Shown here in pieces: positions 49,552-58,678 of a DNA stretch of 64,000 nucleotides; position 1 is the stretch's first letter; each line of letters begins with the position of its first letter. Source of the DNA: an uncultured Planctomycetota bacterium (GTDB taxonomy: Bacteria; Planctomycetota; Phycisphaerae; Tepidisphaerales; Tepidisphaeraceae); contig CAWJEN010000006.1 in assembly GCA_963841915.1 (NCBI GenBank), positions 32,001-96,000 on the forward strand. Reading direction: 5' to 3'. The notes under the pieces are model-generated. The model was not told the origin of the DNA, made no database searches, and saw only the letters and a program-made list of their open reading frames with translations. A program made the translations under genes and the position numbers.

Positions 49552-50106
49552 TCATGAAGAGAGTTGTGTCAGCACGGCAACCAGCGCTTCCCGCTCAGCC
49601 GCCTGTACGCGGGCGGCGAGTGATTCAGGTGTGTCGACATCCTGCACGCGAACGCACTGCTGTTCGATGATCGGGCCGGTGTCGAGGCCGTTGTCGACGT
49701 AGTGGACCGTGCAGCCCGTCACGCGACAGCCCGTCGCAAGCACGGCCTCATGCACGTGTCGGCCGAACATGCCGACGCCGCCGAAGCTGGGCAAGAGGCT
49801 CGGGTGGACGTTGATCACGCGTCGATCGATCCAAGGCGTATCGAGCGTCAACTGACGCATCCAGCCGGCCAGGACGATCAGATCAACCTCCGCCGGATCG
49901 ATCAGAGATGCCGCGTGTTCCGGATCTGCGGCAACGACGCAGGTAATGCCGTGCCGCTCGCACCGTGCGATGCCACCGACACCGGCACGGCTGCTGATCG
50001 CCTGCACGATGTCGATGTTCGGCAGTCGACCGTCGCCGGTGGCGTCGATGAGGTTCTGCAGCGTTGTCCCGCCGCCGCTGAAGAAGATGGCGATCCGAAG
50101 CCGCAT
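49552..50106 (-). CDS. purN: Phosphoribosylglycinamide formyltransferase
   Basis: SGGGTTLQ, LAGWM, INVHPSLLP and GCTVHYVD. Confidence 0.95.
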   Translation of the reverse strand: MRLRIAIFFSGGGTTLQNLIDATGDGRLPNIDIVQAISSRAGVGGIARCERHGITCVVAADPEHAASLIDPAEVDLIVLAGWMRQLTLDTPWIDRRVINVHPSLLPSFGGVGMFGRHVHEAVLATGCRVTGCTVHYVDNGLDTGPIIEQQCVRVQDVDTPESLAARVQAAEREALVAVLTQLSS

Positions 50107-50164
50107 GGGTCGCAGGGTAGCGGCCGACGGCCGTGGTGGCCGATGTTGAGGGTGCGCCCGCACC

Positions 50165-51568
50165 ATGTCCACAACGAAGTCCAAACCCCGCCTGCTGGTT
50201 ATCGATGATGACCGCGTCCTTCGTTCGTCGCTCGCCGACTTCCTGAGCGACGAGGGCTACGACGCCGATGCGGTGCCGGACGGCAGCGGTGCGTTCAAGC
50301 GACTGGCTGCTGCGCCACATCAGCTCGTCATTGCCGACCTCGCCGCGGCAGGTGAAGGCTTTCTGCGGCGGCTCGCAAAAGAACACGCCGAGACCTTCAG
50401 CATCGTCCTCACCGCCTATGGCAGCATCGAAGAAGCCGTCGCCGCCACGCGAGCCGGTGCGTTCGACTACCTCGTCAAGCCGATTGTCGACGACGAGATT
50501 CGCCTCAGCGTCAAGCGGGCGATCTCGCAGCAGGCACTGCTGCACGACAACAACCGGCTCAAGAAGCGGCTCGACGACACCTTCGGGCTCGGCGACGCCG
50601 GCGGGATCGTCGGTAGCGACACGCAGATGCGTAAAGTCTTCGAAACCGTCGCACAGGTCGCCGACACGCCCACGACCGTCCTCGTCAGCGGCGAAAGCGG
50701 CACCGGTAAGTCGCTGCTGGCCCGCTCGATTCACCAGCTCTCGGGCCGCCGCGACGGCCCGTTCGTCGAAGTCGCTTGCGGAGCGTTGCCCGAACAACTG
50801 CTCGAAACAGAGCTGTTCGGGCACCTGAAGGGTGCGTTCACCGGAGCCGATCGTGACCGCGTCGGGCGTCTGCAACTGGCCGAGGGTGGCACGCTGTTCC
50901 TCGACGAAATCAACTCGGCGTCGTTGGCGATGCAGGTGAAGCTGCTCCGCGTCCTGCAGGAAAAGCTCTACGAACCCGTCGGCTCCAGCGAACCACGGCG
51001 AGCGGACGTGCGATTTGTGCTGGCGACAAATGCCGACCTGGAGACACTCGTCGCGGCTGGCACGTTCAGGCAGGATCTGTTCTACCGCATCAATGTGGTG
51101 ACGCTCGACCTGCCGCCGTTGCGTGATCGGCCGGCCGACGTGCCGTTGCTGGCCGAGCACTTTCTGGAGCAGTTCCGCACGCAACTCAAGCGCGACGTCG
51201 GCGGCTTCACACCAGAGGCGGCGGAAGTGCTGAGTCGCTACGCCTGGCCGGGCAACATTCGCGAACTCGAGAACGCTGTTGAGCGGGCAACGGTCTTATG
51301 TCAACGACTGACGATTGACGTCGACGACCTGCCGTCCCCAATCCGTCAGGGGCGTCAGACACCGCAGCTGAGTATGGTACCGGCGGAGCTTGCCGATGTC
51401 GCCGAATTGCCACTGCGTGAGGCAATGGAAGCTTTAGAGCGCCCGATTCTGATGGCGGCATTGGAGCGAAACAGCTGGAGTCGCCAGAAAACGGCCGAAG
51501 CGCTCGGCATCAACAGGGCCACGCTCTTCAAGAAGATGCGCCGGTTCCGGCTCGACGTGCCTGCGTGA
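50165..51568 (+). CDS. Sigma-54-dependent response regulator (NtrC family)
   Basis: Receiver domain; GESGTGKS, GAFTGA and WPGNIREL; Fis-type HTH. Confidence 0.95.
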   Translation: MSTTKSKPRLLVIDDDRVLRSSLADFLSDEGYDADAVPDGSGAFKRLAAAPHQLVIADLAAAGEGFLRRLAKEHAETFSIVLTAYGSIEEAVAATRAGAFDYLVKPIVDDEIRLSVKRAISQQALLHDNNRLKKRLDDTFGLGDAGGIVGSDTQMRKVFETVAQVADTPTTVLVSGESGTGKSLLARSIHQLSGRRDGPFVEVACGALPEQLLETELFGHLKGAFTGADRDRVGRLQLAEGGTLFLDEINSASLAMQVKLLRVLQEKLYEPVGSSEPRRADVRFVLATNADLETLVAAGTFRQDLFYRINVVTLDLPPLRDRPADVPLLAEHFLEQFRTQLKRDVGGFTPEAAEVLSRYAWPGNIRELENAVERATVLCQRLTIDVDDLPSPIRQGRQTPQLSMVPAELADVAELPLREAMEALERPILMAALERNSWSRQKTAEALGINRATLFKKMRRFRLDVPA

Positions 51569-51584
51569 CAGGACGACGAACGCA

Positions 51585-51959
51585 TCAGCCCAAGCCGCCC
51601 ATGCCGCCGAGCATTTCCGGGGGTAATCCGGCTTCCTGAGCCGCTTCGGTCATGAGGCGTTGCGTGAGCTGCGCTGCCTCACTGGCCGCCTTCTGTTGGG
51701 CCTCGGTAACTGCTTTGACGACGTGGGCCTCGAGGTGCTCGGTGTGGTCGACCGCCGCCGAATCGATCTTGATCGAGATCAGTTCGAGCTTGCCGTTGCA
51801 GGTCGCCTCGACGCTGCCATCACCCGCGTCGGCGGTTGTGCGGATGTTTTCGAGCTGAGCCTTGAGCTTCTCCTGCATCTCGCCCATCTTGGCCTGCATC
51901 TCCTTGGCCTTGGCGAGCATCTGCGGGAGCTGGGCGAGATCTTTAAAGTTGCCGAACAT
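51585..51959 (-). CDS. ybaB: YbaB/EbfC nucleoid-associated protein
   Basis: AKEMQAKMGEMQ...AGDGSVEATCNG. Confidence 0.88.
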   Translation of the reverse strand: MFGNFKDLAQLPQMLAKAKEMQAKMGEMQEKLKAQLENIRTTADAGDGSVEATCNGKLELISIKIDSAAVDHTEHLEAHVVKAVTEAQQKAASEAAQLTQRLMTEAAQEAGLPPEMLGGMGGLG

Positions 51960-51968
51960 GCCCACAGT

Positions 51969-53168
51969 CTACGCGAGAACAAGCTGGCTGGCGGCGATTT
52001 GAGCCACCGCGTCGGCGGCAAATTGGACGTCCTGCTTGCTGGTGAACGGCCCGAAGCTGAACCGTGTCGTACCGCCGCCTTCAAGGGTGCCCATCGCCCG
52101 GTGAGCCCACGGCGCACAGTGGATGCCGCTACGCGTCAGCACGCCGAAGCCGGCTTCCAGGGCCGCCGACAGCTCGATCGGTTCGTACCCGTCGGCCCGA
52201 ACGCTGAAGACGCCGATGCGATTTCCCACACCCTGCGGCCCGTGGAGCGAAAGCCCGTCGATCCCGCCGAGCGCGCCGAGGAACGTGCTGGTCAATGCCC
52301 GCTCGTGCTCAGCCAGCGCCTCGACCGTCTTGTTGCGGAGCCACTTGACGCCCGCCAGTAAGCCGGCAATGCCGATGGCGTTATGGCTGCCCGGCTCGTA
52401 CTTGTCGGGCATGTTCGTCGCAGGCGTCGGCAGGTCGCTGCGATGGCCCGTCCCGCCGTCGCGTAACGGCCGCACCATCTTCTCCAGGCCCGGCCGCAAG
52501 TAGAGGAAGCCCGTACCGAGCGGACCCATGAGCGCCTTGTGTCCTGGTGCCGCGAGCAGGTCAACGTGATCCGCCTGCACGTCGATCGGTATGTGTCCAA
52601 TCGACTGCGCCGCGTCGACGATGAATGGCACCGCCATCTCGCGACAGATCCGGCCGATCTCCCGGATCGGCTGCACCGCGCCGCTGACGTTGCTCGCGTG
52701 CGTGATCGCCACGAACTTCGTGTCGCACCGGATCGCCTTCTTGATATCTGCCGGGTCGACCATCGTCTGCTCGTCGCACGGCACCGCGTCGAATGCGAGG
52801 CCGACCTGCTCGGCCAAACCGTGGACCGGGCGCAGAATCGAGTTGTGATCGACCTCCGTCACGATGCAGTGGCCCGGCTTGTGCGGGTCGATGAGCCCGC
52901 GGATGGCAAGGTTTAATGCATCGGTGCAGTTGAGCGTGAAGACGACGTGATCCGCCGACGTGCCGTTGATGAGTCCGACGATCTCGCGTCGGCAGTCGCG
53001 GAGCAGCCGCCCCGTTTCGACCGCTTCGTCGTATGCCCCGCGACCGGCGGACGCACCCAGGTTCGTCGCGTAATCCGTCATCGCCGACAACACCTCCGGC
53101 GGCTTCGGAAAGCTCGTAGCGGCGTTGTCGAGGTACAAACGGCGCGGCTTAGAAGCGTCGACAGACAT
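51969..53168 (-). CDS. Class V aminotransferase / cysteine desulfurase family protein
   Basis: YLDNAATSFPKP, HASNVSG, DAAQ, PGHK and RSGIHCAP. Confidence 0.92.
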   Translation of the reverse strand: MSVDASKPRRLYLDNAATSFPKPPEVLSAMTDYATNLGASAGRGAYDEAVETGRLLRDCRREIVGLINGTSADHVVFTLNCTDALNLAIRGLIDPHKPGHCIVTEVDHNSILRPVHGLAEQVGLAFDAVPCDEQTMVDPADIKKAIRCDTKFVAITHASNVSGAVQPIREIGRICREMAVPFIVDAAQSIGHIPIDVQADHVDLLAAPGHKALMGPLGTGFLYLRPGLEKMVRPLRDGGTGHRSDLPTPATNMPDKYEPGSHNAIGIAGLLAGVKWLRNKTVEALAEHERALTSTFLGALGGIDGLSLHGPQGVGNRIGVFSVRADGYEPIELSAALEAGFGVLTRSGIHCAPWAHRAMGTLEGGGTTRFSFGPFTSKQDVQFAADAVAQIAASQLVLA

Positions 53169-53296
53169 CGCCGCCACCATACGCAACGGCCGATACGGCA
53201 CCGACGCCTGACGCCGCTTTTGAATGGCCACTGGCTGTGCCGACAGGGCCAATTCGCCCGACGCCACTGGCCCGGGTGCTGATTTGACCCGATGTC

Positions 53297-54274
53297 ATGG
53301 GGTCGATGCACGACGGTGTTCAACAACCTCCGGTTCAAAGCGTCGGCATCGTTATTCCCGTTCGCAACGGCGGCAGATACCTCGCCAAGACACTCGACAG
53401 TGTTCGGGACCAAACCCTGGACAGCTGGCGGTTGGTCATCGTCGTCAACGACTCAAGCGACAACACGTCCGATATCGCAAGGCATTACGTCGGCATCGAC
53501 GGGCGAATCACCACCATCACAGCCCCAGTGGCGGGCGTGAGTCGCGCTAGGAACCTGGGGTTTGAGCACCTTCTGGCGAATGATTCGCCCGACGCCGTCT
53601 GCTTCCTCGATGCCGACGACCTTTGGCAGCCTGACGCACTAGCGGACCTGAAGGAAGCGGTCGATGCCGACCCTGCCGCCGTCGCCGCCCACGGCGATGC
53701 CACCTTCGTTGACGCCGACGACGCTCCGCTCACTGGTGAAGCAATCGCCGAGTCGGCGGAGCGGCTGAGCCGCTGGTGTCACGACGGCTCGGGCAAGCTC
53801 CGACGCCTTGAAGCCGGCGAGCCGACGACGCAAGCCGCACTAGAGACGTGGCCTTGCCTGCTCACGCCGGGCTACGTGATGGTCCGCACCGCCGCCATCC
53901 GAAGCGTCGGGCCGTGGAACACTGAGCTAAGCATCGGCGAAGACTGGGAGCTGTGGGTCCGCCTGAGCCGGCTCGGGCACATCGCGCACGTGCCAACTCG
54001 CGTCATCGATTATCGTGTTCACGCAGCGAGTGCCAACGCATCCAGTAAGCGGGCCAGAGGGCTGGCGCGAGCCCGGCACGTCATCATGAACGGCGGGAGC
54101 GAAGTCGACCGCCGGCGGATTCGCCGTTCCTTTGCCCTCGCCCGCCGCATGCTCGCCCACCGCCGCTTCGCCGCGGCCTCTGAAGCTGCTAGTACCTTCC
54201 GCTTCACGTCGGCCGTCAAAGAAGCCGCCATCGGCTGCGCCCACCTTGGCCTGGGATGGTTACGCATCGTCTAA
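53297..54274 (+). CDS. Glycosyltransferase family 2
   Basis: IVIPVRNG, VNDSSD, FLDADD and EDWELW. Confidence 0.9.
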   Translation: MGSMHDGVQQPPVQSVGIVIPVRNGGRYLAKTLDSVRDQTLDSWRLVIVVNDSSDNTSDIARHYVGIDGRITTITAPVAGVSRARNLGFEHLLANDSPDAVCFLDADDLWQPDALADLKEAVDADPAAVAAHGDATFVDADDAPLTGEAIAESAERLSRWCHDGSGKLRRLEAGEPTTQAALETWPCLLTPGYVMVRTAAIRSVGPWNTELSIGEDWELWVRLSRLGHIAHVPTRVIDYRVHAASANASSKRARGLARARHVIMNGGSEVDRRRIRRSFALARRMLAHRRFAAASEAASTFRFTSAVKEAAIGCAHLGLGWLRIV

Positions 54275-54317
54275 GCAGGTCATACACCGGTTCACCGCCT
54301 GATCCGTCCTACGGATT

Positions 54318-54383
54318 GGAGTCGAAGGACCTCGCCTGGTCCGCCTGCTAATGGGGAGATCCCTCGGCTGCGCTCGGGATGAC
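54318..54383. repeat. GTCATCCCGAG-type palindromic element, degenerate left arm
   Basis: GGAGTCGAAGGACCTC ... GAGATCCCTCGGCTGCGCTCGGGATGAC between convergent genes. Confidence 0.5.
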
Positions 54384-54427
54384 GGAGAACGGAGCGTTCG
54401 TCGTTGTGCCTCTTTACCCAACATCGT

Positions 54428-55279
54428 TCAGTCGAAGACAACTGCGCGATTCCCATGAACCAGTACGCGATCCTCGAGGTGCGCCCGGACCGCCTCGGCG
54501 AGCACCCGCCGCTCCAGATCGCGCCCCTTGCGGATCAAATCTTCCGGCGTGTCCCGGTGTCCGACTAGCTCCACCGCCTGGGCCAGAATCGGGCCGGCGT
54601 CGAGCTCGCCGGTGACGTAATGGCTTGTCGCGCCGATGAGCTTGACGCCGCGGTCGTACGCCTGGTGATACGGCCGGCCGCCTTTGAACGCGGGCAGCAG
54701 TCCGTGGTGGATGTTGATGCAACGTCCCGCCCACGCGGCGGCCAGTGACGGTGACAGGATCTGCATGTACCGGGCCAGCACGATCAGACTCGCCTCGGCC
54801 ACCGCCTCACGCAGCTTTGCCTCCTGATCGTCCTTCGTCTCTGGTGTCACCGGTAGATGGACGAAACGAATTCCTCGCCGCTCCACCGCCGCCGCGGCGT
54901 CAGCGTGGTTGCTGACAACCACGACCACCTCTGCCGGCAGCTCGCCGACCTCGTGACGATAAAGAAGGTCACGCAGGCAATGGTCCTGGCGACTGACGAG
55001 GATGGCCACCTTTGGCTTGGCATCGTCCCAGCCGAGCCGTACGTCGAGCGTTTCCCGCCCCGCCATTTCGCCGACCGAGTTGGCAAAGGTTTCACGCGAC
55101 TGCCCCGCCGGCAACGTGAAGGCCAGCCGCATGAAGAAGCGTCCGCCCTCGCCGTGCTGGTCGGCGTCGGTGATGTTGCCGCCGTGCGACGCCAGAAACG
55201 ACGCGACCCCGGCCACGAGTCCCGGCCGGTCGTCACACTGCACAAGCAACCGGCCGGCGTGGGAAGCAGTAGACGTCAC
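54428..55279 (-). CDS. purU: Formyltetrahydrofolate deformylase
   Basis: ACT domain DRPGLVA; LARYMQILS, INIHH and GVKLIGATSHYV. Confidence 0.96.
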   Translation of the reverse strand: MTSTASHAGRLLVQCDDRPGLVAGVASFLASHGGNITDADQHGEGGRFFMRLAFTLPAGQSRETFANSVGEMAGRETLDVRLGWDDAKPKVAILVSRQDHCLRDLLYRHEVGELPAEVVVVVSNHADAAAAVERRGIRFVHLPVTPETKDDQEAKLREAVAEASLIVLARYMQILSPSLAAAWAGRCINIHHGLLPAFKGGRPYHQAYDRGVKLIGATSHYVTGELDAGPILAQAVELVGHRDTPEDLIRKGRDLERRVLAEAVRAHLEDRVLVHGNRAVVFD

Positions 55280-55516
55280 GTCGCATCGTACCGCGGTATT
55301 GGCGGCGTACCGGCGTTGTCGCCTCCGCGAACACCAGCGACGACCCTTTCTTCAACGCGACCGAAAGCCGCAGGGCAACGATAGTTGCCGGAACAAGCCG
55401 CATGATCGCTTTAATCTCATCGTCTGATACGACGCAGCGAGGTTTCCAAGATTGTTTCCGCTAATGGGTCAGATTTGTTTGCGAGCAGATGCGTCGTCCG
55501 ATAGTTTCGGGCCAGA

Positions 55517-56446
55517 GTGGGATACTGCGACGCCAGCCAACGGATTGGGCTCCAGCCGAGCCGGCGATGCGCCTTCACGCTGGTGGAGGCACTTGTGGTG
55601 ATCGGGATCATTGGGCTGCTCCTCGGCATGCTGTTGCCTTCGCTGACGGCATCACGCGATGCGGCTAAGGGCGTCACCTGTGCTGCCGGGCTGCGGGAAC
55701 AGGGCCGTGCGCTCACGTCCTACTCCATCGCCCATGACGGCTACATGCCACTGGCAGGCTCCCTTTGGGTGAACGCTTCCACGGGTTACGACTCGCTTCC
55801 GCCAGCGTTGAACGACGCCAGACGAAAGCGGTACACCTACATCGACGAGCGTTTGCCCGGCCTGACACCAGCTAAGGAGAGGGTGGCATCCATACCGGCC
55901 GCATTACTCGGCGAGCTGGGTGTGGACGAAGTCGATCTTACGTTCGCCTCTATCCACCAGTGGGATCGGGTTCGCGCAAAAGAAGAGGTCCTTTCCATCT
56001 TCGAATGCCCGGCAGCCGCTTTGGGTGCGTCCACTCGAACCAATCTGCTCACGGTAAACGCATCGACCATCGCCTTAAACGATCATGGCAGGATCGACTA
56101 CGGCTACAACGGTCTGCTTCTCGCATTCGACGCCCGACGAGCGCCGCAAGCCCTTCCAGCCCGCGGAGCCATGGCCGCTCTGTCGAATGCCGCCGAGTCA
56201 GTGCTGGCCGCCGACGCCGATACCTCCTCGGCATCAATAGCCGCTTGGGAAGTCGATCAGGAAGCAATGGCCCGTCAACGAGTGACGATGGGCGACGCTC
56301 TGACGAGGACGCTGAGCGGCGTGGTGCCGTTACACCTAGACCTGCGACGCCACCAAGGCAAAAGCAGCGTGGTCTACGGCGACGGCCATGTAGAGTTGCT
56401 GGCCGCAAAACAACTTGCTGAGGAGGCACTATGGATCAGTCACTGA
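55517..56446 (+). CDS. Prepilin-type N-terminal cleavage/methylation protein with H-X9-DG motif
   Basis: AFTLVEALVVIGIIGLLLGMLLPSL; RHQGKSSVVYGDGHV. Confidence 0.88.
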   Translation: MGYCDASQRIGLQPSRRCAFTLVEALVVIGIIGLLLGMLLPSLTASRDAAKGVTCAAGLREQGRALTSYSIAHDGYMPLAGSLWVNASTGYDSLPPALNDARRKRYTYIDERLPGLTPAKERVASIPAALLGELGVDEVDLTFASIHQWDRVRAKEEVLSIFECPAAALGASTRTNLLTVNASTIALNDHGRIDYGYNGLLLAFDARRAPQALPARGAMAALSNAAESVLAADADTSSASIAAWEVDQEAMARQRVTMGDALTRTLSGVVPLHLDLRRHQGKSSVVYGDGHVELLAAKQLAEEALWISH

Positions 56447-56886
56447 ACCCGGCCGCAGCGGCATTCGGTCCGGACAGACGGGAAGCAACGACGTCCGCAT
56501 CGGACCTATTTGCCTCTATTACCGCGCTCATCTTGGCCGGTCTGCTGGTTGCAAAGCTCATCAATCCGGTTCCAACATCGCAGGTTCTCAGGCAGGTCTG
56601 GCACTTCTCCGAAGCGGTCAGTCTCGGAGCGTTTCTTGCGCTCATCGCTGCCGAAGGCGTTGTCGTCACGCTGCTGATCCTGCGTCGGACGCGTCGCTTG
56701 GGCAGCTACCTCACCATCGCCTTCCTCATTCTGGTGTCCATCAGCCCGGCACGTCAGATGATCGAAGGTAGCGAGATCGGCTGCGGGTGCGGATTAGGAT
56801 CTTCACAAGGCGGGTTGCTTGATCAGGCGACCGCAATCGGCAAAAACGTGATTCTAGCCCTCATGGCATGGTTGGCCCGACCCTAG
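56431..56886 (+). CDS. MauE/DoxX-family membrane protein
   Basis: AKL after TM1, conserved E in TM2, GCGCGLG loop and KN before the last TM. Confidence 0.75.
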   Translation: MDQSLNPAAAAFGPDRREATTSASDLFASITALILAGLLVAKLINPVPTSQVLRQVWHFSEAVSLGAFLALIAAEGVVVTLLILRRTRRLGSYLTIAFLILVSISPARQMIEGSEIGCGCGLGSSQGGLLDQATAIGKNVILALMAWLARP

Positions 56887-56955
56887 ACACGCGCAGCGCT
56901 CAACTTGATTGACTTCACTTTGGATACCGTTTAATTTCCAACCGCAGGAGATCCG

Positions 56956-57291
56956 ATGAAAATGCACCGCACTTACTCGTTTATTGCCTTGTTGATTGCG
57001 TTCCTCTCGATGACCGCTTTTAAGGTCGCCTCGGCGTCACAGGTTGTTCAGACCTATGCGTCGGCCACACCAGGAATGCAATGGTGCTGCCTCTGGAACT
57101 CTGAATGCCCGGAGGTGACAGACTGCGTCGAGTGCCCGGCCGGATCTACGTGCGGCGGCACCTCTTCCGTCTCCTACGGGCTCGATGGTCAAATTAGTTC
57201 GTGCTCCGCACACGCCTTCTGCGGAGGCGGTGGTACTGGCACCGGTGGAGGCGACGATGACGACGACGAGGCACCCGATCCAGGCCAATAG
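56956..57291 (+). CDS. Small secreted cysteine-rich protein
   Basis: AGGAG RBS; signal peptide ending ASA; 8 Cys; Gly/Asp-rich tail. Confidence 0.85.
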   Translation: MKMHRTYSFIALLIAFLSMTAFKVASASQVVQTYASATPGMQWCCLWNSECPEVTDCVECPAGSTCGGTSSVSYGLDGQISSCSAHAFCGGGGTGTGGGDDDDDEAPDPGQ

Positions 57292-57389
57292 TCCTCAGCG
57301 GCCAATCAACTTGACTAAATTGGTGAAGTTAACGAAGATCGACTTCTCCAGGTCGTTCGCCTTCAGACTCAGACTCTAACAGGCCTGCC

Positions 57390-58172
57390 TTGACCCGTTC
57401 CAAAGCTGTCATCATTGCATCTCTGGTATCGATCATTCTGATCGCAATTGGTTATTGGAGATGGAGTGCATTGGACACCGCATCTTCAGGCCCGCAGGTT
57501 ATTAAAGTTTCTGATGCTGAGCCACGCGAATCGACGAGTGGTGGGACGACAGAACTCATCACCACGTTAGTAGCCCAGATGGAGGGCCAACTGCCGCAGG
57601 ACGTGCCGGATCGGCCGGATCTCATAGTCCAGACACAGCGTATGTTCGAGGCATACCTGCTAACCGATTTGGACGCCTTCGACGACCTTATCCGTGGCGC
57701 CGGCCTGGATGTTCATCCAAGCTGGCGAACGAATGCAGGGCAGGAGACCTTCAAAGTCGAGACGCGGGTGACTAAGCACGCTGCCCTGCAGCCTGACACC
57801 TTGGACGCGCGATGGGTCGGACGCCAAGGGCAGCGGCTGGTTCCTGACCATCCGCCACACGGCGACCCCAACGTCAAGGGGTTCACCACGCGTCGCGGCG
57901 TGGAACCACGCGGCAGTAACGACATTCTTGATGTTGAGTCGCCTGACGTGGACGTCATTGAGGTCAGAGTCGACGGACGACTCAACGAGGCCGAGTTCGA
58001 CGACACGTTCAAAGGTGCCCTGTCCGTCCTGTTCGCCCGTCGCGGCGGATCTTCTGCAGGCTCCCATTGGATTCCGATCCAGACCCGAATCTTCTACTCG
58101 CCTGAGATGAGAAGCCGAGCGGTCTTTGTGCCGAGCCTCTCGAAGCCGCCGAGCGCGGGGAAGCAGAAGTAG
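57390..58172 (+). CDS. Hypothetical protein with an N-terminal membrane anchor
   Basis: 260-aa ORF; KAVIIASLVSIILIAIGYW. Confidence 0.75.
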   Translation: MTRSKAVIIASLVSIILIAIGYWRWSALDTASSGPQVIKVSDAEPRESTSGGTTELITTLVAQMEGQLPQDVPDRPDLIVQTQRMFEAYLLTDLDAFDDLIRGAGLDVHPSWRTNAGQETFKVETRVTKHAALQPDTLDARWVGRQGQRLVPDHPPHGDPNVKGFTTRRGVEPRGSNDILDVESPDVDVIEVRVDGRLNEAEFDDTFKGALSVLFARRGGSSAGSHWIPIQTRIFYSPEMRSRAVFVPSLSKPPSAGKQK

Positions 58173-58678
58173 GTTACTAGTCTTGCTCCTCCCCAGACAA
58201 CTTGCGGGAGCGGCTCAGCAAACGCAGTGGCCGGCCGTTGCTGCTGCGGCTCGGGTTGCCGCCGTCGGGTGTGGCGACGACTCCTCGGCAGACTCGGCAC
58301 CAGCGTTTCTAAGGATTGCCAACAGCCTCGTCCAACGATGACGGACCGTTGCGGCAAAACCCCACGCGTGTGTCCAGATCGAAGTTTAAGACGGTGGTCG
58401 AAGCTGAGCTTCAAAACGGGCGGCATCGGCAGCAGGTCGGTCGGCAAAGGCGACTGCGATGAGGCGACACCCGCATGGTAACTTGGATCCAACTTCTGCG
58501 ATCGGATGCTCGCGCATGTGCTTTGTCGAGCCACTAAACCATTGCCGAAGGCGGCGGTCGCTTGAAACTTGTCGCACCCGATGTTGCGACCCCCCGACGC
58601 CGCCTCTATGCTCGCCGCCCGCACCCACCCTTCCTGCGGCCTCGCCCCGATTCGCACGCTCGACCGGCCGTCTTTGCA

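Noticed and set aside
58180..58560. Additional gene between the Cys-peptide cassette and nuoJ
   Set aside because: Only short ORFs with no RBS, motif or consistent coding character.
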